64,000 nt of DNA from an uncultured Hyphomicrobiales bacterium (lineage in GTDB: Bacteria; Pseudomonadota; Alphaproteobacteria; Rhizobiales; Xanthobacteraceae), in the NCBI GenBank assembly GCA_903892675.1, contig CAITJJ010000128.1:1785-65784 (forward strand), in the 5' to 3' direction. Shown in pieces: positions 9,250-18,944 of this stretch. Numbering within the stretch: position 1 is the stretch's first letter; every line of letters starts with the position of its first letter. The position numbers and the translations under genes were made by a program. The notes below the pieces were generated by a model. It was given only the letters and a program-made list of their open reading frames with translations. It was not told where the DNA came from and ran no database searches.

Positions 9250-10155
9250 TCACTTCCCTGCCTTGTTCGCGACCTTGCCGACGATGACGCCGGCGCGCCG
9301 TTCGACCGGCTGAATGATTGTGGTGAAGTCCTTGTCGGCGCCGATCTCGCTGGCAACGCGCTCCCACAGGGACGCGACCATGCCCATCATGTCGGTCGGC
9401 ACGCCCGCGGCCTTGGCCTCAGCCAGACACAGCCGCACATCCTTGAGCATCAGGGCGGTGGCAAAGCCGGCGTCGAAAGTGCGCGGCAGGATCGCGTTGG
9501 GAAATTTGCCCGACGAGGCGGTGTTGCGGCCGGAGCCGGCATTGATGACGTCGATCATGATCGCCGGATCGAGACCCGCCTTCACCCCCATCACCACCGC
9601 CTCCGACGTCGCCGCCATCGCAGTCGCCGAAAGGAAATTATTGGCGAGTTTCATGGTCTGCGCCATGCCCGGCTGATTGCCGACGACAAACACTGTACCG
9701 AAAATGCCGAGCGCGCCCTTGACGACGTCGATATGGTCCTGCGGCCCTGACACCATCACCGCCAAAGTGCCCTTGACGGCGCCGGCGACGCCCCCGGACA
9801 CCGGCGAGTCGATCTGGGCGATGTTCTTTTTGGCAAGAGCGGCGTCAATATCGGCGGCGGCGCTTGCGCCGGTGGTCGACAGATCGACGAAACGCTTGAT
9901 GCTTTTTCCGTGAATGACGCCGCCGGCGCCGGTCGCGACGCTGGCGACGATATGCGGCTCCGGCAGGCTCGCCATCACCGACTCGACCCGGTCGGCAACA
10001 TCGGCCGGCGACGACGCCAGTTGCGCGCCGAGCGCCACCAAGGGCGCGGCCGCGTCGCTGCGCGTGTCAAATACAACAAGAGTGTGGCCGGCCTCGATCA
10101 GGCGCCGCGCCATCGGCTGCCCCATTTTGCCCAGACCGATGAAGCCGATTTGCAT
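9250..10155 (-). CDS. NAD(P)-dependent beta-hydroxyacid dehydrogenase (3-hydroxyisobutyrate dehydrogenase family)
   Basis: IGFIGLGKMG, DSPVSGG, GTLAVMVSG, KLANN and F...LMLKD. Confidence 0.9.
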   Translation of the reverse strand: MQIGFIGLGKMGQPMARRLIEAGHTLVVFDTRSDAAAPLVALGAQLASSPADVADRVESVMASLPEPHIVASVATGAGGVIHGKSIKRFVDLSTTGASAAADIDAALAKKNIAQIDSPVSGGVAGAVKGTLAVMVSGPQDHIDVVKGALGIFGTVFVVGNQPGMAQTMKLANNFLSATAMAATSEAVVMGVKAGLDPAIMIDVINAGSGRNTASSGKFPNAILPRTFDAGFATALMLKDVRLCLAEAKAAGVPTDMMGMVASLWERVASEIGADKDFTTIIQPVERRAGVIVGKVANKAGK

Positions 10156-10248
10156 TGTCGCGTTTCCGTCCTGTTGAGGTTTTTTCCGGCGGCGACATTG
10201 CCCGATGCAACCTCCGCCGTCACCTCGCCCGGACCGGGATAAAGCCAC

Positions 10249-10279
10249 TTGACTATATTATAAGCCTCCTTATTATATA
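10249..10279 (+). promoter_or_regulatory. Sigma70-like promoter overlapped by an inverted repeat (putative MarR operator)
   Basis: TTGACT (10249-10254) with TATTAT at 10271-10276. TATATTATAAG-CCTC-CTTATTATATA (10254-10279) is an 11-bp inverted repeat with one mismatch. Confidence 0.65.
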
Positions 10280-10290
10280 AGTACTTCCCA

Positions 10291-10782
10291 ATGGATGCTG
10301 CGATGTCAAAACTTCCGGCCAAGCGCGAAATCGCCTTTATGATCATGGACGTAGCCAGGATGCTGCGGACCTATGCCGACCAGCGCGCCCGCCAGTTCGG
10401 CATCTCGCGGGCGCAATGGACCGTGCTGATACGGATCGACCGCACCGAGGGCCTCAAGCAATCCGAACTCGCCGACATTCTCGACATGCAGCCGATCTCG
10501 CTGACCCGGTTGCTCGACCGGCTGGCCGAAAACGGCCTGATCGAGCGCCGCGCCGATCCGAACGATCGCCGCGCCAATCGCTTGTATCTGAAGCCGGCGG
10601 CACGGCCGATGCTGGAACAACTCGCCGCCCTTGGCGCCGACATGATGACGACCGTGCTCGAAGGGCTCGATACCAAGACCGTCGAACGCATGCTGAGCGA
10701 TCTCGGCCTGATCAAGGACAATCTGCGCGCCGCGATCGGCCGCAACGGCAATCAACCGCAAACCGATGTGCTGGCCTCATGA
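10291..10782 (+). CDS. MarR family transcriptional regulator (SlyA/EmrR-like)
   Basis: GISRAQW, QSELADILDMQPISLTRLLDRL and DPNDRRANRLYL winged-helix motif. Confidence 0.92.
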   Translation: MDAAMSKLPAKREIAFMIMDVARMLRTYADQRARQFGISRAQWTVLIRIDRTEGLKQSELADILDMQPISLTRLLDRLAENGLIERRADPNDRRANRLYLKPAARPMLEQLAALGADMMTTVLEGLDTKTVERMLSDLGLIKDNLRAAIGRNGNQPQTDVLAS

Positions 10783-11915
10783 GTGATAAAGTCCTGAAAG
10801 TCGTTCCGGCGCCGGAATCGAAAACTTCGCCCAAGGCAGCCGCCGAAGCGCCGGCGGCCCGGCGCGCTCCTGCATCCGCCCGCGCACAACTGCGGATGAT
10901 CCTGCTGGTGGCGCTGCCGGCGCTGGCGGTGCTGATCGGGCTTGGCATCTATCTGACCGGCGGGCGCTACATCGCCACCGATAACGCCTATGTCGGCGCA
11001 CAGAAAGTGCTGATCACGCCGGACATCGCCGGCAAGGTCATTCGCGTTTCCGTGCGCGAAGGCCAGCACGTCAACGCCGGCGACGAACTGCTCAGCCTCG
11101 ATCCTGAACCGTTCAAGCTGGCGCTGGTGCAGGCGCAAGCCAAGCTCGCCACCGCCAGCAGCGACTACGCCAAGCTCAAGAGCAACTACAAGTCGCTCAC
11201 CGTTCTGTCCGAACTGGCGCAGAAGAATGTCGAGATCAAGCAGCGCGATGTCGACCGCAAGAGCAAGCTGGTGGCGACGCAAGCCGGCTCGCAGGCCGAT
11301 GTCGATACCTCGACCGGCACGCTGGTGACTGCGCAATTGCAGGCGCAGTTCTCAAGCCAGCAGCGCGAGGACGCGCTCAATAATCTGCTCGGCAATCCAG
11401 AACTGCCGCTGGAGAAATTTCCGGCCTATATGCAGGCCAAGGCCGCGCTCGATCAGGCGCAGCGCGATGTCGATCACACGGTATTGCGCGCGCCGATATC
11501 CGGCACCGCGACCCAGATCGATAACATCCAGCTCGGCCGCTTCGTTGCCGCAGGCTCGCCGATCCTCAGCGTCATCGACGACAGCGCGCCGTGGGTCGAC
11601 GCCAACCCGAAGGAAACCGACATCACTTATCTGCGCATCGGCCAGAAGGCGACGCTCGATGTCGACTCATTCCCTGACCGCACCTTCAAGGGCACCGTGG
11701 TGGCTGTTAGCCCCGGCACCGGCTCGCAGTTCTCGATTTTGCCGGCGCAGAACGCCAGCGGCAACTGGGTCAAGGTGGTGCAGCGCGTGCCGGTTCGCAT
11801 CGCCTTCGACAAGAATGAGGATACGCATTTGCTGCGCACCGGCATGAGCGTCAATGTCGAGATCGACACCGGCCACAGCCGCATTCCTTTCATGTCGAAA
11901 GAACTGGCGAAATGA
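10779..11915 (+). CDS. emrA: EmrA/HlyD family efflux periplasmic adaptor
   Basis: Single TM, TDNAYV, LRAPISG, ANPKET and LPAQNASGNWVKVVQRVPVRI. ATGA overlap with the MarR gene. Confidence 0.9.
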   Translation: MSDKVLKVVPAPESKTSPKAAAEAPAARRAPASARAQLRMILLVALPALAVLIGLGIYLTGGRYIATDNAYVGAQKVLITPDIAGKVIRVSVREGQHVNAGDELLSLDPEPFKLALVQAQAKLATASSDYAKLKSNYKSLTVLSELAQKNVEIKQRDVDRKSKLVATQAGSQADVDTSTGTLVTAQLQAQFSSQQREDALNNLLGNPELPLEKFPAYMQAKAALDQAQRDVDHTVLRAPISGTATQIDNIQLGRFVAAGSPILSVIDDSAPWVDANPKETDITYLRIGQKATLDVDSFPDRTFKGTVVAVSPGTGSQFSILPAQNASGNWVKVVQRVPVRIAFDKNEDTHLLRTGMSVNVEIDTGHSRIPFMSKELAK

Positions 11916-13468
11916 GCCCCGCCGGCGCAGCGATGGCGCCGAACACGCGGCGCATGCTAATCACGGCCTGCGCGATGACCGCGACCATCATGCAGGCGCT
12001 CGACACCACCATCGCCAACGTGGCGCTGCCTTATATGCAAGGCTCGCTGTCGGCATCCCTCGACCAGATCAATTGGGTGCTGACGTCCTACATCGTCGCC
12101 GCTGCGATCATGACCGCGCCGATCGGCTGGCTGGCCGACCGTTTCGGCCGCAAGAAGCTGTTCATCATCTGCGTCGCCGGATTCACCACCGCGTCACTGC
12201 TGTGCGCCTTGGCGCAAAACATCGAGCAGATGGTGCTGTTCCGCCTGCTGCAGGGCATGGCCGGCGCCGCGCTGGTGCCGCTGTCGCAATCGGTGATGCT
12301 GGATTCTTATTCGCTACAAGAGCGCGCCAAGGCGATGGCGATCTGGGGCATGGGCGTGATGCTCGGGCCGATCATGGGCCCGACGTTAGGGGCCTGGCTC
12401 ACCGACAATTATTCCTGGCACTGGGTCTTCCTGATCAACCTGCCGATCGGCGTTCTCACCGTCGTCGGCATGATGCTGTTCATGGAGGAAACCAAGAAGC
12501 AGGAGCATCTGATCTTCGATTGGTTCGGCTTCATCGCGTTGGCCATCGGCATCGGCTCGCTGCAGTTGATGCTCGATCGCGGCGAGCAGGTTGGCTGGTT
12601 CGGCGCCCGGGAAATCTGGGTCGAGGCGATCGTGTCGGCCGCCGGCTTCTATTATTTCTTCGCGCATTCCCTGACGACGACGCAGCCTTTCGTCAATTTC
12701 GAGATGTTCAGGGACCGCAATTTTGTCAGCGGTTGCGTGTTCATGCTGGTGATCGGCGTGGTGCTGTTCGGCACCATGGCGCTGGTGACGCCGTTCATGC
12801 AGAACCTGCTCGGCTATCCGATCCAGACCGCCGGCTTCCTGCTCGGCACGCGCGGTGTCGGCACACTGCTGACGATGATGGCGGCACCCCGACTGATGCG
12901 GATGATCGAACCGCGCTATTTGATCCTTGGCGGCCTGTTGATCACCGCTGCGACCTTGTACGAAATGATCGGCTGGTCACTGGACGTGCAGCAGACGACC
13001 ATCGTCGTCACCAGCGTGGCGCAGGGCATCGGCCTTGGCCTGCTGTTCGTGCCGGTGACCTCGGTCGCCTTCACCACCTTGTCCGGCACGTTGCGCAATG
13101 GCGCGACGTCGATGACGACATTGCTGCGCAATATCGGTTCGTCGATCGGCATTTCGATGATGATCGCAAATTTGACCAGCAAGACAACAATAATGCACGA
13201 AACCATCGGTGCGGCAGTGACGCCGTTCAACGATGCGCTGCAGATGCCCGATGTAGCGGCGAATCTCAATCTGGCGACCGATTCCGGCAAGGCCATGCTC
13301 GACGGCATCATCACCCAGCAGGCGGCGCTGATTGCCTATCTCAACGATTTCAAGTTGCTGATGGTGCTGACGCTGTTGACCGTGCCGCTGGTGATGCTGA
13401 TCGGCACAGCGAAATCGCCGGCCGCCGGCCCCGCCAAGCAGGACGACGTCGTCCACGCGCTGGATTAA
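11912..13468 (+). CDS. emrB: EmrB/QacA (DHA2) MFS efflux pump
   Basis: LDTTIANVALP, WVLTSYIVA, GWLADRFGRK, GPIMGPTLG and WVFLINLPIG; about 14 TMs. Confidence 0.92.
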   Translation: MSPAGAAMAPNTRRMLITACAMTATIMQALDTTIANVALPYMQGSLSASLDQINWVLTSYIVAAAIMTAPIGWLADRFGRKKLFIICVAGFTTASLLCALAQNIEQMVLFRLLQGMAGAALVPLSQSVMLDSYSLQERAKAMAIWGMGVMLGPIMGPTLGAWLTDNYSWHWVFLINLPIGVLTVVGMMLFMEETKKQEHLIFDWFGFIALAIGIGSLQLMLDRGEQVGWFGAREIWVEAIVSAAGFYYFFAHSLTTTQPFVNFEMFRDRNFVSGCVFMLVIGVVLFGTMALVTPFMQNLLGYPIQTAGFLLGTRGVGTLLTMMAAPRLMRMIEPRYLILGGLLITAATLYEMIGWSLDVQQTTIVVTSVAQGIGLGLLFVPVTSVAFTTLSGTLRNGATSMTTLLRNIGSSIGISMMIANLTSKTTIMHETIGAAVTPFNDALQMPDVAANLNLATDSGKAMLDGIITQQAALIAYLNDFKLLMVLTLLTVPLVMLIGTAKSPAAGPAKQDDVVHALD

Positions 13469-13560
13469 CTGTCATTCCGGGGCGCGAGCACTTGCGAGCG
13501 AGCCCGGAATCCATACTCACAGGCCAGGGTTATGGGTCCCCGCCTTCGCGGGGACGACAG
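13469..13560. repeat. Composite palindromic intergenic repeat
   Basis: Left arm CTGTCATTCCGGGGCGCG...GCGAGCCCGGAATCCATA; right arm TATGGGTCCCCGCCTTCGCGGGGACGACAG, the same family as 2421-2552. Lies between convergent genes. Confidence 0.8.
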
Positions 13561-13561
13561 C

Positions 13562-14680
13562 TTAGCTAAACTCTTTCCTGATCTTTTCCGAATGTGCGCC
13601 AAGCGCGGGAACCGCCCCGTAATCCCGTTTTTCGCCGACAAATTGCGCCGAAGGCGCCGGCGTGCTCGCCGGACCGGTTGGCGTGTCGACGGTGATCCGC
13701 CGCAAGTGCGGATGCGTCGCCAAAAGCGCCGAATCGTTGACACGGGCAAAGGCAATGTCCGCGGCCGCAAGCTTCTGCATCAGCGGTTCGACATCCAGCG
13801 TGGCGAATACCTTCGATACTTCGGCATCGGTTTGCGCCCGGTAGGCCTGCCGCTGAGGGTTTGTGGCGAAGCGCTCATCGCTGCCGAGCGCGGCCTGGCC
13901 GAGGACCTTGTCGGCCAGCACGCGCCATTCGCGATCATTCTGGATCGAAATGAGAATATCGGCGCCGTCGCGTGTCTTGAACACGCCGTAGGGCGCGATG
14001 GTTGGATGAGCCAGCCCGACACGCTTGAACGGGTTGCCCCATTCCTGATTGAGCAGCGGGATGGTCATCCATTCGGCCATGGCGTCGAACATGGAAATCG
14101 AAATCGTCGCGCCCTCGCCGGTGCGCGATCGGCGAACGATCGCTTCGAGGATCGCCTCGTAAGCGCTCAGGCCCGCGGCGATATCGACGACGGAAACACC
14201 GACGCGCGCCGGCGCTTCGGGGCCGCCGGTCACCGACGACAAGCCCGACTCGGCCTGGATCAGCAGGTCGTAGGCCTTGCGCTGCGCGAACGGCCCGCTC
14301 TCGCCATAGCCGGAAATCGACGCGCAGATCAGCCTCGGATAATCCTTGCGCAAACGCTCGAAGGAAAAGCCGAGTTTGCCGAGCGCGCCGGGTTTCAGGT
14401 TTTGCACAAAGACATCGGCCTTGCCGAGCATCGCTTCGAGCAGCAACTTGTCGTCGTCCTTGGTGAGGTCGAGGACGATCGATTCCTTGCCGCGATTGAG
14501 CCAGACCAGATGCGCGCTTTCGCCGTGGACGATGTAATCGTAGTGACGGGCGAAGTCGCCCTCCGGCCGCTCGACCTTGATGACGCGCGCGCCTGCGTCG
14601 GCGAGCCGGCAGGTACATTGCGGCGCGGCGACCGCCTGTTCGACCGAGATGATGAGCAGGCCTTCAAGCGGCAACGACAT
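13562..14680 (-). CDS. CaiB/BaiF family III CoA-transferase
   Basis: PLEG..II..EQAVAAP, LADAGARVIKVERP.GDFAR, NRGKESIVLDL, ISGYG and YDLLIQAESG. Start at ATG 14680. Confidence 0.92.
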   Translation of the reverse strand: MSLPLEGLLIISVEQAVAAPQCTCRLADAGARVIKVERPEGDFARHYDYIVHGESAHLVWLNRGKESIVLDLTKDDDKLLLEAMLGKADVFVQNLKPGALGKLGFSFERLRKDYPRLICASISGYGESGPFAQRKAYDLLIQAESGLSSVTGGPEAPARVGVSVVDIAAGLSAYEAILEAIVRRSRTGEGATISISMFDAMAEWMTIPLLNQEWGNPFKRVGLAHPTIAPYGVFKTRDGADILISIQNDREWRVLADKVLGQAALGSDERFATNPQRQAYRAQTDAEVSKVFATLDVEPLMQKLAAADIAFARVNDSALLATHPHLRRITVDTPTGPASTPAPSAQFVGEKRDYGAVPALGAHSEKIRKEFS

Positions 14681-14681
14681 A

Positions 14682-15851
14682 TCAATAAGACCGCGGCAGG
14701 CCGAGCACATGCTCGGCGAGATAGGACAGGATCAAATTGGTCGAGATCGGCGCGACCTGATAGAGTCGCGTCTCGCGAAATTTACGTTCGACATCGTATT
14801 CCTCGGCAAAGCCGAAGCCGCCATGCGTCTGCACGCACATGTCGGCGGCGGCCCACGACGCATCGGCGGCGAGAAGCTTCGCCATATTGGCCTCGGCGCC
14901 GATATCGCCGCCGGCCTCGTATTGGCGCACGGCCTCGTGCACCATCAATTCAGCGGCGCGCATTTGCGCATAGGCGCGGGCGATCGGAAACTGCACGCCT
15001 TGATTCTGCCCGATCGGGCGGCCGAACAATTCGCGCGCTTTGGCGTAAGCCGTAGCCTTCTCGATGAACCATTTGGCGTCGCCGACGCATTCCGCCGCAA
15101 TCAGGATGCGTTCGGTGTTCATGCCGGCAAGAATGTAGCGGAAGCCCTTGCCCTCCTCGCCGATCAGGTTGTCCGTCGGCACACGCAGATCGTCGAAGAA
15201 CACTTCAGTGGTCGCATGGTTCATCATGGTGCGTATCGGATTGATGGTGAGGCTGTTGCTCGCAATCGCATGCCGCATATCGACCAGGAATACCGACAGT
15301 CCATCGGTCCGCTTGACCGCCTGGTCTTTCGGCGTGGTTCGCGCCAGCAGCAGCATCAGGTCGGAATGCTCGGCACGCGAGGTCCAGATCTTCTGGCCGT
15401 TGATGACATAGGCGTCGCCATCGCGCCGCGCCGTCGTGCGCAAAGACAATGTATCTGTACCCGATGTCGGCTCGGTGACGCCAAAGGCCTGCAGCCGCAA
15501 TTCGCCGCTGGCGATGCCGGGCAGGTAGGCCTGCTTCTGTGCCGGCGAGCCGTGCCGCAGGATCGTACCCATCGTGTACATCTGCGCGTGACAGGCGGCG
15601 CCGTTACAGCCTGAGGCATGCACCTCTTCCATGATTGCCGCGGCGGCGCCGACGGTGAGCCCGCTGCCGCCGTACTCTTCCGGAATCAAGGCGGCGAGAT
15701 AGCCGGCATCGGTGAGCGCGGCGACGAAGGCGGTCGGATAGCCACGCTCGCGGTCGAGCTCACGCCAGTATTCGCCTGGGAACCGTGCGCACAGCGCGCG
15801 AACGGATTCGCGGATGTCGGCATAGTCGTCGCGGTCGGCGCTTTTGCTCAT
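14682..15851 (-). CDS. Acyl-CoA dehydrogenase family protein
   Basis: IPEEYGGSG, AFGVTEP.SGTD, INGQKIWTSRA, R..FGRPIGQNQGVQFP and QTHGGFGF..EY.VERKFRE. Confidence 0.93.
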   Translation of the reverse strand: MSKSADRDDYADIRESVRALCARFPGEYWRELDRERGYPTAFVAALTDAGYLAALIPEEYGGSGLTVGAAAAIMEEVHASGCNGAACHAQMYTMGTILRHGSPAQKQAYLPGIASGELRLQAFGVTEPTSGTDTLSLRTTARRDGDAYVINGQKIWTSRAEHSDLMLLLARTTPKDQAVKRTDGLSVFLVDMRHAIASNSLTINPIRTMMNHATTEVFFDDLRVPTDNLIGEEGKGFRYILAGMNTERILIAAECVGDAKWFIEKATAYAKARELFGRPIGQNQGVQFPIARAYAQMRAAELMVHEAVRQYEAGGDIGAEANMAKLLAADASWAAADMCVQTHGGFGFAEEYDVERKFRETRLYQVAPISTNLILSYLAEHVLGLPRSY

Positions 15852-15856
15852 CGTCT

Positions 15857-16723
15857 CTACCCGGTAATCTCGGCACGGCCGTTGTTGATGGCCACCACGT
15901 CGCGTTCCTTAACACGGGCGCGGAAGCTTACAACACCGCCATCGCGCCAGATTTCGGTGCGGATGGTTTCGCCCGGGAATACCGGAGCTGAAAACCGCAG
16001 CGACATGGCGGTCAAGCGGGCCGGGTTGTAATCGCAGACCGACTTGAGCAGCGCGTGGCCAGCGACGCCCATTGTCGCAAGCCCATGCAGGATCGGCCGC
16101 GGATAGCCCGCGGTTCTGGCGGATTTCGGGTCGGCATGCAGCGGATTGACGTCGCCGGACAACCGATAGATCAGCGCCATTTCCGGACGCGTCGGCAGAT
16201 CGCAGATCATGTCGGGCGCGCGCTCAGGCAGAGCGTGCGGCGCCGCCGGCTTTTTTCGCTCGCTCGGCCCGCCGAAACCGCCATCGGCGCGGCAGAAAGT
16301 GGTCTGCGACAAGGTCGCCAACAGGCGGCCGTCGGCCTTGTCGGTAATCCTGCGCTCGGAATAGATCAGCGCGCCGCGGCCTTCGCCCTTGTCGACCACA
16401 TCGACCACGCGCTCCTGGCCAACAACATGCCCTTCGGTCATGACAGGCGCATGCAGAACGAGCCCCTGCTCGCCATGCACCGCGTGTGAAAAAGTCAGGC
16501 CGAAGCCTTCGTCGCGCAGCCAATAGGGCGTGTAGCCCTGCATCAGCGGCCAGGTCGGTAGCGCCTTCAGATTTTTCTCATAAACGAACTGGAGTTCGTT
16601 CTCATCGGTCGGATTTTGACCGAAGCCAAGACCCAGCGCGTAAAGAATCACGTCTTTCGGGCCATAGCTATGTTCGACGGGAGCGACAACGTGCGTCAGC
16701 AGCTTTTCGAGATTGACGGGCAT
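15857..16723 (-). CDS. MaoC/double-hotdog (R)-specific enoyl-CoA hydratase (hydratase-2 type)
   Basis: DVILYALGLG, VHGEQ and the hydratase-2 motif YRLSGDVNPLHADP...AGYPRPILHGL; RFSAPVFPGET. Confidence 0.9.
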   Translation of the reverse strand: MPVNLEKLLTHVVAPVEHSYGPKDVILYALGLGFGQNPTDENELQFVYEKNLKALPTWPLMQGYTPYWLRDEGFGLTFSHAVHGEQGLVLHAPVMTEGHVVGQERVVDVVDKGEGRGALIYSERRITDKADGRLLATLSQTTFCRADGGFGGPSERKKPAAPHALPERAPDMICDLPTRPEMALIYRLSGDVNPLHADPKSARTAGYPRPILHGLATMGVAGHALLKSVCDYNPARLTAMSLRFSAPVFPGETIRTEIWRDGGVVSFRARVKERDVVAINNGRAEITG

Positions 16724-16732
16724 CTGCCTAGG

Positions 16733-17833
16733 CTAGCGCCCCCACACCTCGTCCGCCAGTTCGACAATCAGGCGCAGCTTGGCCCATTGCTGCTCCTCGG
16801 TCAGCGTATTGCCCTCCTCGGTGGAGGCGAAGCCGCATTGCGGCGACAGGCAAAGCTGATCGAGCGAAATATATTTCGTCGCCTCGTCGATGCGGTGCTT
16901 GAGCGTGTCCTTCGATTCGAGCTCGCCGGTCTTGGTGGTGACGAGGCCGAGCACGACCTGCCGATCCTTCGGCACAAGCTTCAGCGGCTCGAAGCCGCCG
17001 GCGCGCTCGGTGTCGTACTCCATGAAATAGCCATGCACCTTGATGCGGTTGAACAGGATGTCCTGCTCCGCCTCGTAGCCGCCCGAACCCTGGAACGTCG
17101 ACTTATAGTTGCCGCGGCACAGATGCATGGTGATGCGCATGTCGGCGGGAATATCCGACATCGCCGTGTTGATGAGATCGCCGTAGAGCGGCCCGAGCTT
17201 CTCCGGATCGTCGCCGCGCGCGGTCATCTGCTGACGATATTTCGGATCGCACAGCATGGCGATGAAGACTTCGTCGAGTTGCAAATAGCGGCAGCCGGCA
17301 TCGGCGAAAGCGCGCACAGCCTTTTTGTAGGCCTGGCCGAGATCGGCGAACATCGTCTCGTTGTCTCTGTAGCCGGAAATCGGCGGCTTGGCTGGCCGGC
17401 CGTAAGCCGCCGACGGCGCCGGAATGGTGATCTTCGGCGTGCGCGTCGTGTGGCCGGCGACGAATTTGAAATGCTCGATCATCGGATGACCGGAGTAGCC
17501 GATCTTGCCGGTGATCTTGTGCCCCTCGTTGCGCGTGGTGACGCCAGCGAAGGCGACACCCTGCTCCATGATGTATTTCTCGATGCCGTCGAGACCCCAG
17601 AGGAAATCGAGGTGCCACCAGGAACGGCGGAATTCGCCGTCGGTCACCGATTTGAGACCAACCTCTTCCTGCTTCTTGATGACACGCTCGATCTCGCGGT
17701 CTTCGACTTCTTTCAGAGCGGCGGCGGGGATTTCTCCCTTGGCGAACCTAGCGCGCGCGTCCTTCAGCGCGGCGGGACGCAATAGACTGCCGACGTGATC
17801 GGCCCGGAACGGCGGCTTGGTGTTCTGCGGCAT
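16733..17833 (-). CDS. Cobalamin-independent methionine synthase II (MetE C-terminal-like) family protein, paralog 1
   Basis: RADHVGSLLRP, TDGEFRR, YLQLDE; Zn ligands HLCRGN, MEYD and SPQCGF. 366 aa, lacks the MetE N-terminal barrel. Confidence 0.92.
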   Translation of the reverse strand: MPQNTKPPFRADHVGSLLRPAALKDARARFAKGEIPAAALKEVEDREIERVIKKQEEVGLKSVTDGEFRRSWWHLDFLWGLDGIEKYIMEQGVAFAGVTTRNEGHKITGKIGYSGHPMIEHFKFVAGHTTRTPKITIPAPSAAYGRPAKPPISGYRDNETMFADLGQAYKKAVRAFADAGCRYLQLDEVFIAMLCDPKYRQQMTARGDDPEKLGPLYGDLINTAMSDIPADMRITMHLCRGNYKSTFQGSGGYEAEQDILFNRIKVHGYFMEYDTERAGGFEPLKLVPKDRQVVLGLVTTKTGELESKDTLKHRIDEATKYISLDQLCLSPQCGFASTEEGNTLTEEQQWAKLRLIVELADEVWGR

Positions 17834-17837
17834 TGGC

Positions 17838-18944
17838 TTAACCCCACACTTCTTCGGCCACGTCGACGATCATGCGCAATTTGGCCCACTGCTCTTCCTC
17901 GGCGAGGATATTGCCTTCCTCGGTTGAGGCAAAGCCGCATTGCGGCGACAGGCAAAGCTGCTCGAGCGGAATAAATTTGGCTGCTTCGTCGATGCGGCGC
18001 TTGAGTTCGTCCTTCGATTCAAGCTTGCCGGACTTCGAAGTGACAAGGCCGAGCACGACCGTCTTGCCCTTCGGCACGAAACGCAACGGCTCGAAACCGC
18101 CGGCGCGCTCCGAGTCATACTCCATGAAGTAGCCATGGACATTGATCTTGTTGAACAGAATTTCCGCCACCGGCTCGTAGCCGCCCGAGGCTACGAAAGT
18201 CGACTGAAAATTGCCCCGGCATAGATGCATGGTGATGGCCATGTCGGCCGGGATGTCGGAAATCGCCGCGTTGATCATGTCGGCATAAACCAGCGGCAAC
18301 TTTTCCGGATCGTCGCCGCGCGCGGCGACTTGCTCGCGCAATTTCGGATCGCACAGATAAGTGAAGTTGACTTCGTCGAGCTGCAGATAGCGACAGCCGA
18401 CATCGGCGAAAGCGCGCACGGCCTGGCGGTAGGTGGCGCCGAGATCGCGGTAAAAGTCGCTCATGTCCGGATAAATGCCCGCCGGCACGGCGTCGCGGCC
18501 GTAACGGAAATGCATGCTGGACGGCGAGGGAATCGTCATCTTCGGCGTCGCGCCCGTGTGCTCTTTCAGGAACTTGAAGTGTTCGAGCATCGGATGGCCG
18601 CTGAAGGTGCCGAGCTTCCCGGTCACGCGCATCATCATCGGCCGCGGATTGACGCCTTCGAACTTGATTTTGCGCTCGCCAAGGTAGGCTTCGGCGCCAT
18701 CGAGCGCGCCTAGAAAATCGTAATTCCAGAAGGCGCGGCGGAATTCGCCGTCGGTGACGGACTTCAGCCCGACGTCTTCCTGCTTCTTGATGACGGCAAT
18801 AATCTCGCGGTCTTCGATTGCTTTAAGCGCTTCGGCGGTGATCTCGCCCTTATCGCGTTGTGCGCGCGCCTGTTTCAGCGCGGTGGGGCGGAGAAGACTA
18901 CCAACATGGTCGGCACGGAACGGAGGCTTGGTACGGAGGGTCAT
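17838..18944 (-). CDS. MetE C-terminal-like family protein, paralog 2
   Basis: Same motifs (HLCRGN, MEYD, SPQCGF). ATG at 18944 overlaps the stop of paralog 3 (TAATG). Confidence 0.92.
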   Translation of the reverse strand: MTLRTKPPFRADHVGSLLRPTALKQARAQRDKGEITAEALKAIEDREIIAVIKKQEDVGLKSVTDGEFRRAFWNYDFLGALDGAEAYLGERKIKFEGVNPRPMMMRVTGKLGTFSGHPMLEHFKFLKEHTGATPKMTIPSPSSMHFRYGRDAVPAGIYPDMSDFYRDLGATYRQAVRAFADVGCRYLQLDEVNFTYLCDPKLREQVAARGDDPEKLPLVYADMINAAISDIPADMAITMHLCRGNFQSTFVASGGYEPVAEILFNKINVHGYFMEYDSERAGGFEPLRFVPKGKTVVLGLVTSKSGKLESKDELKRRIDEAAKFIPLEQLCLSPQCGFASTEEGNILAEEEQWAKLRMIVDVAEEVWG

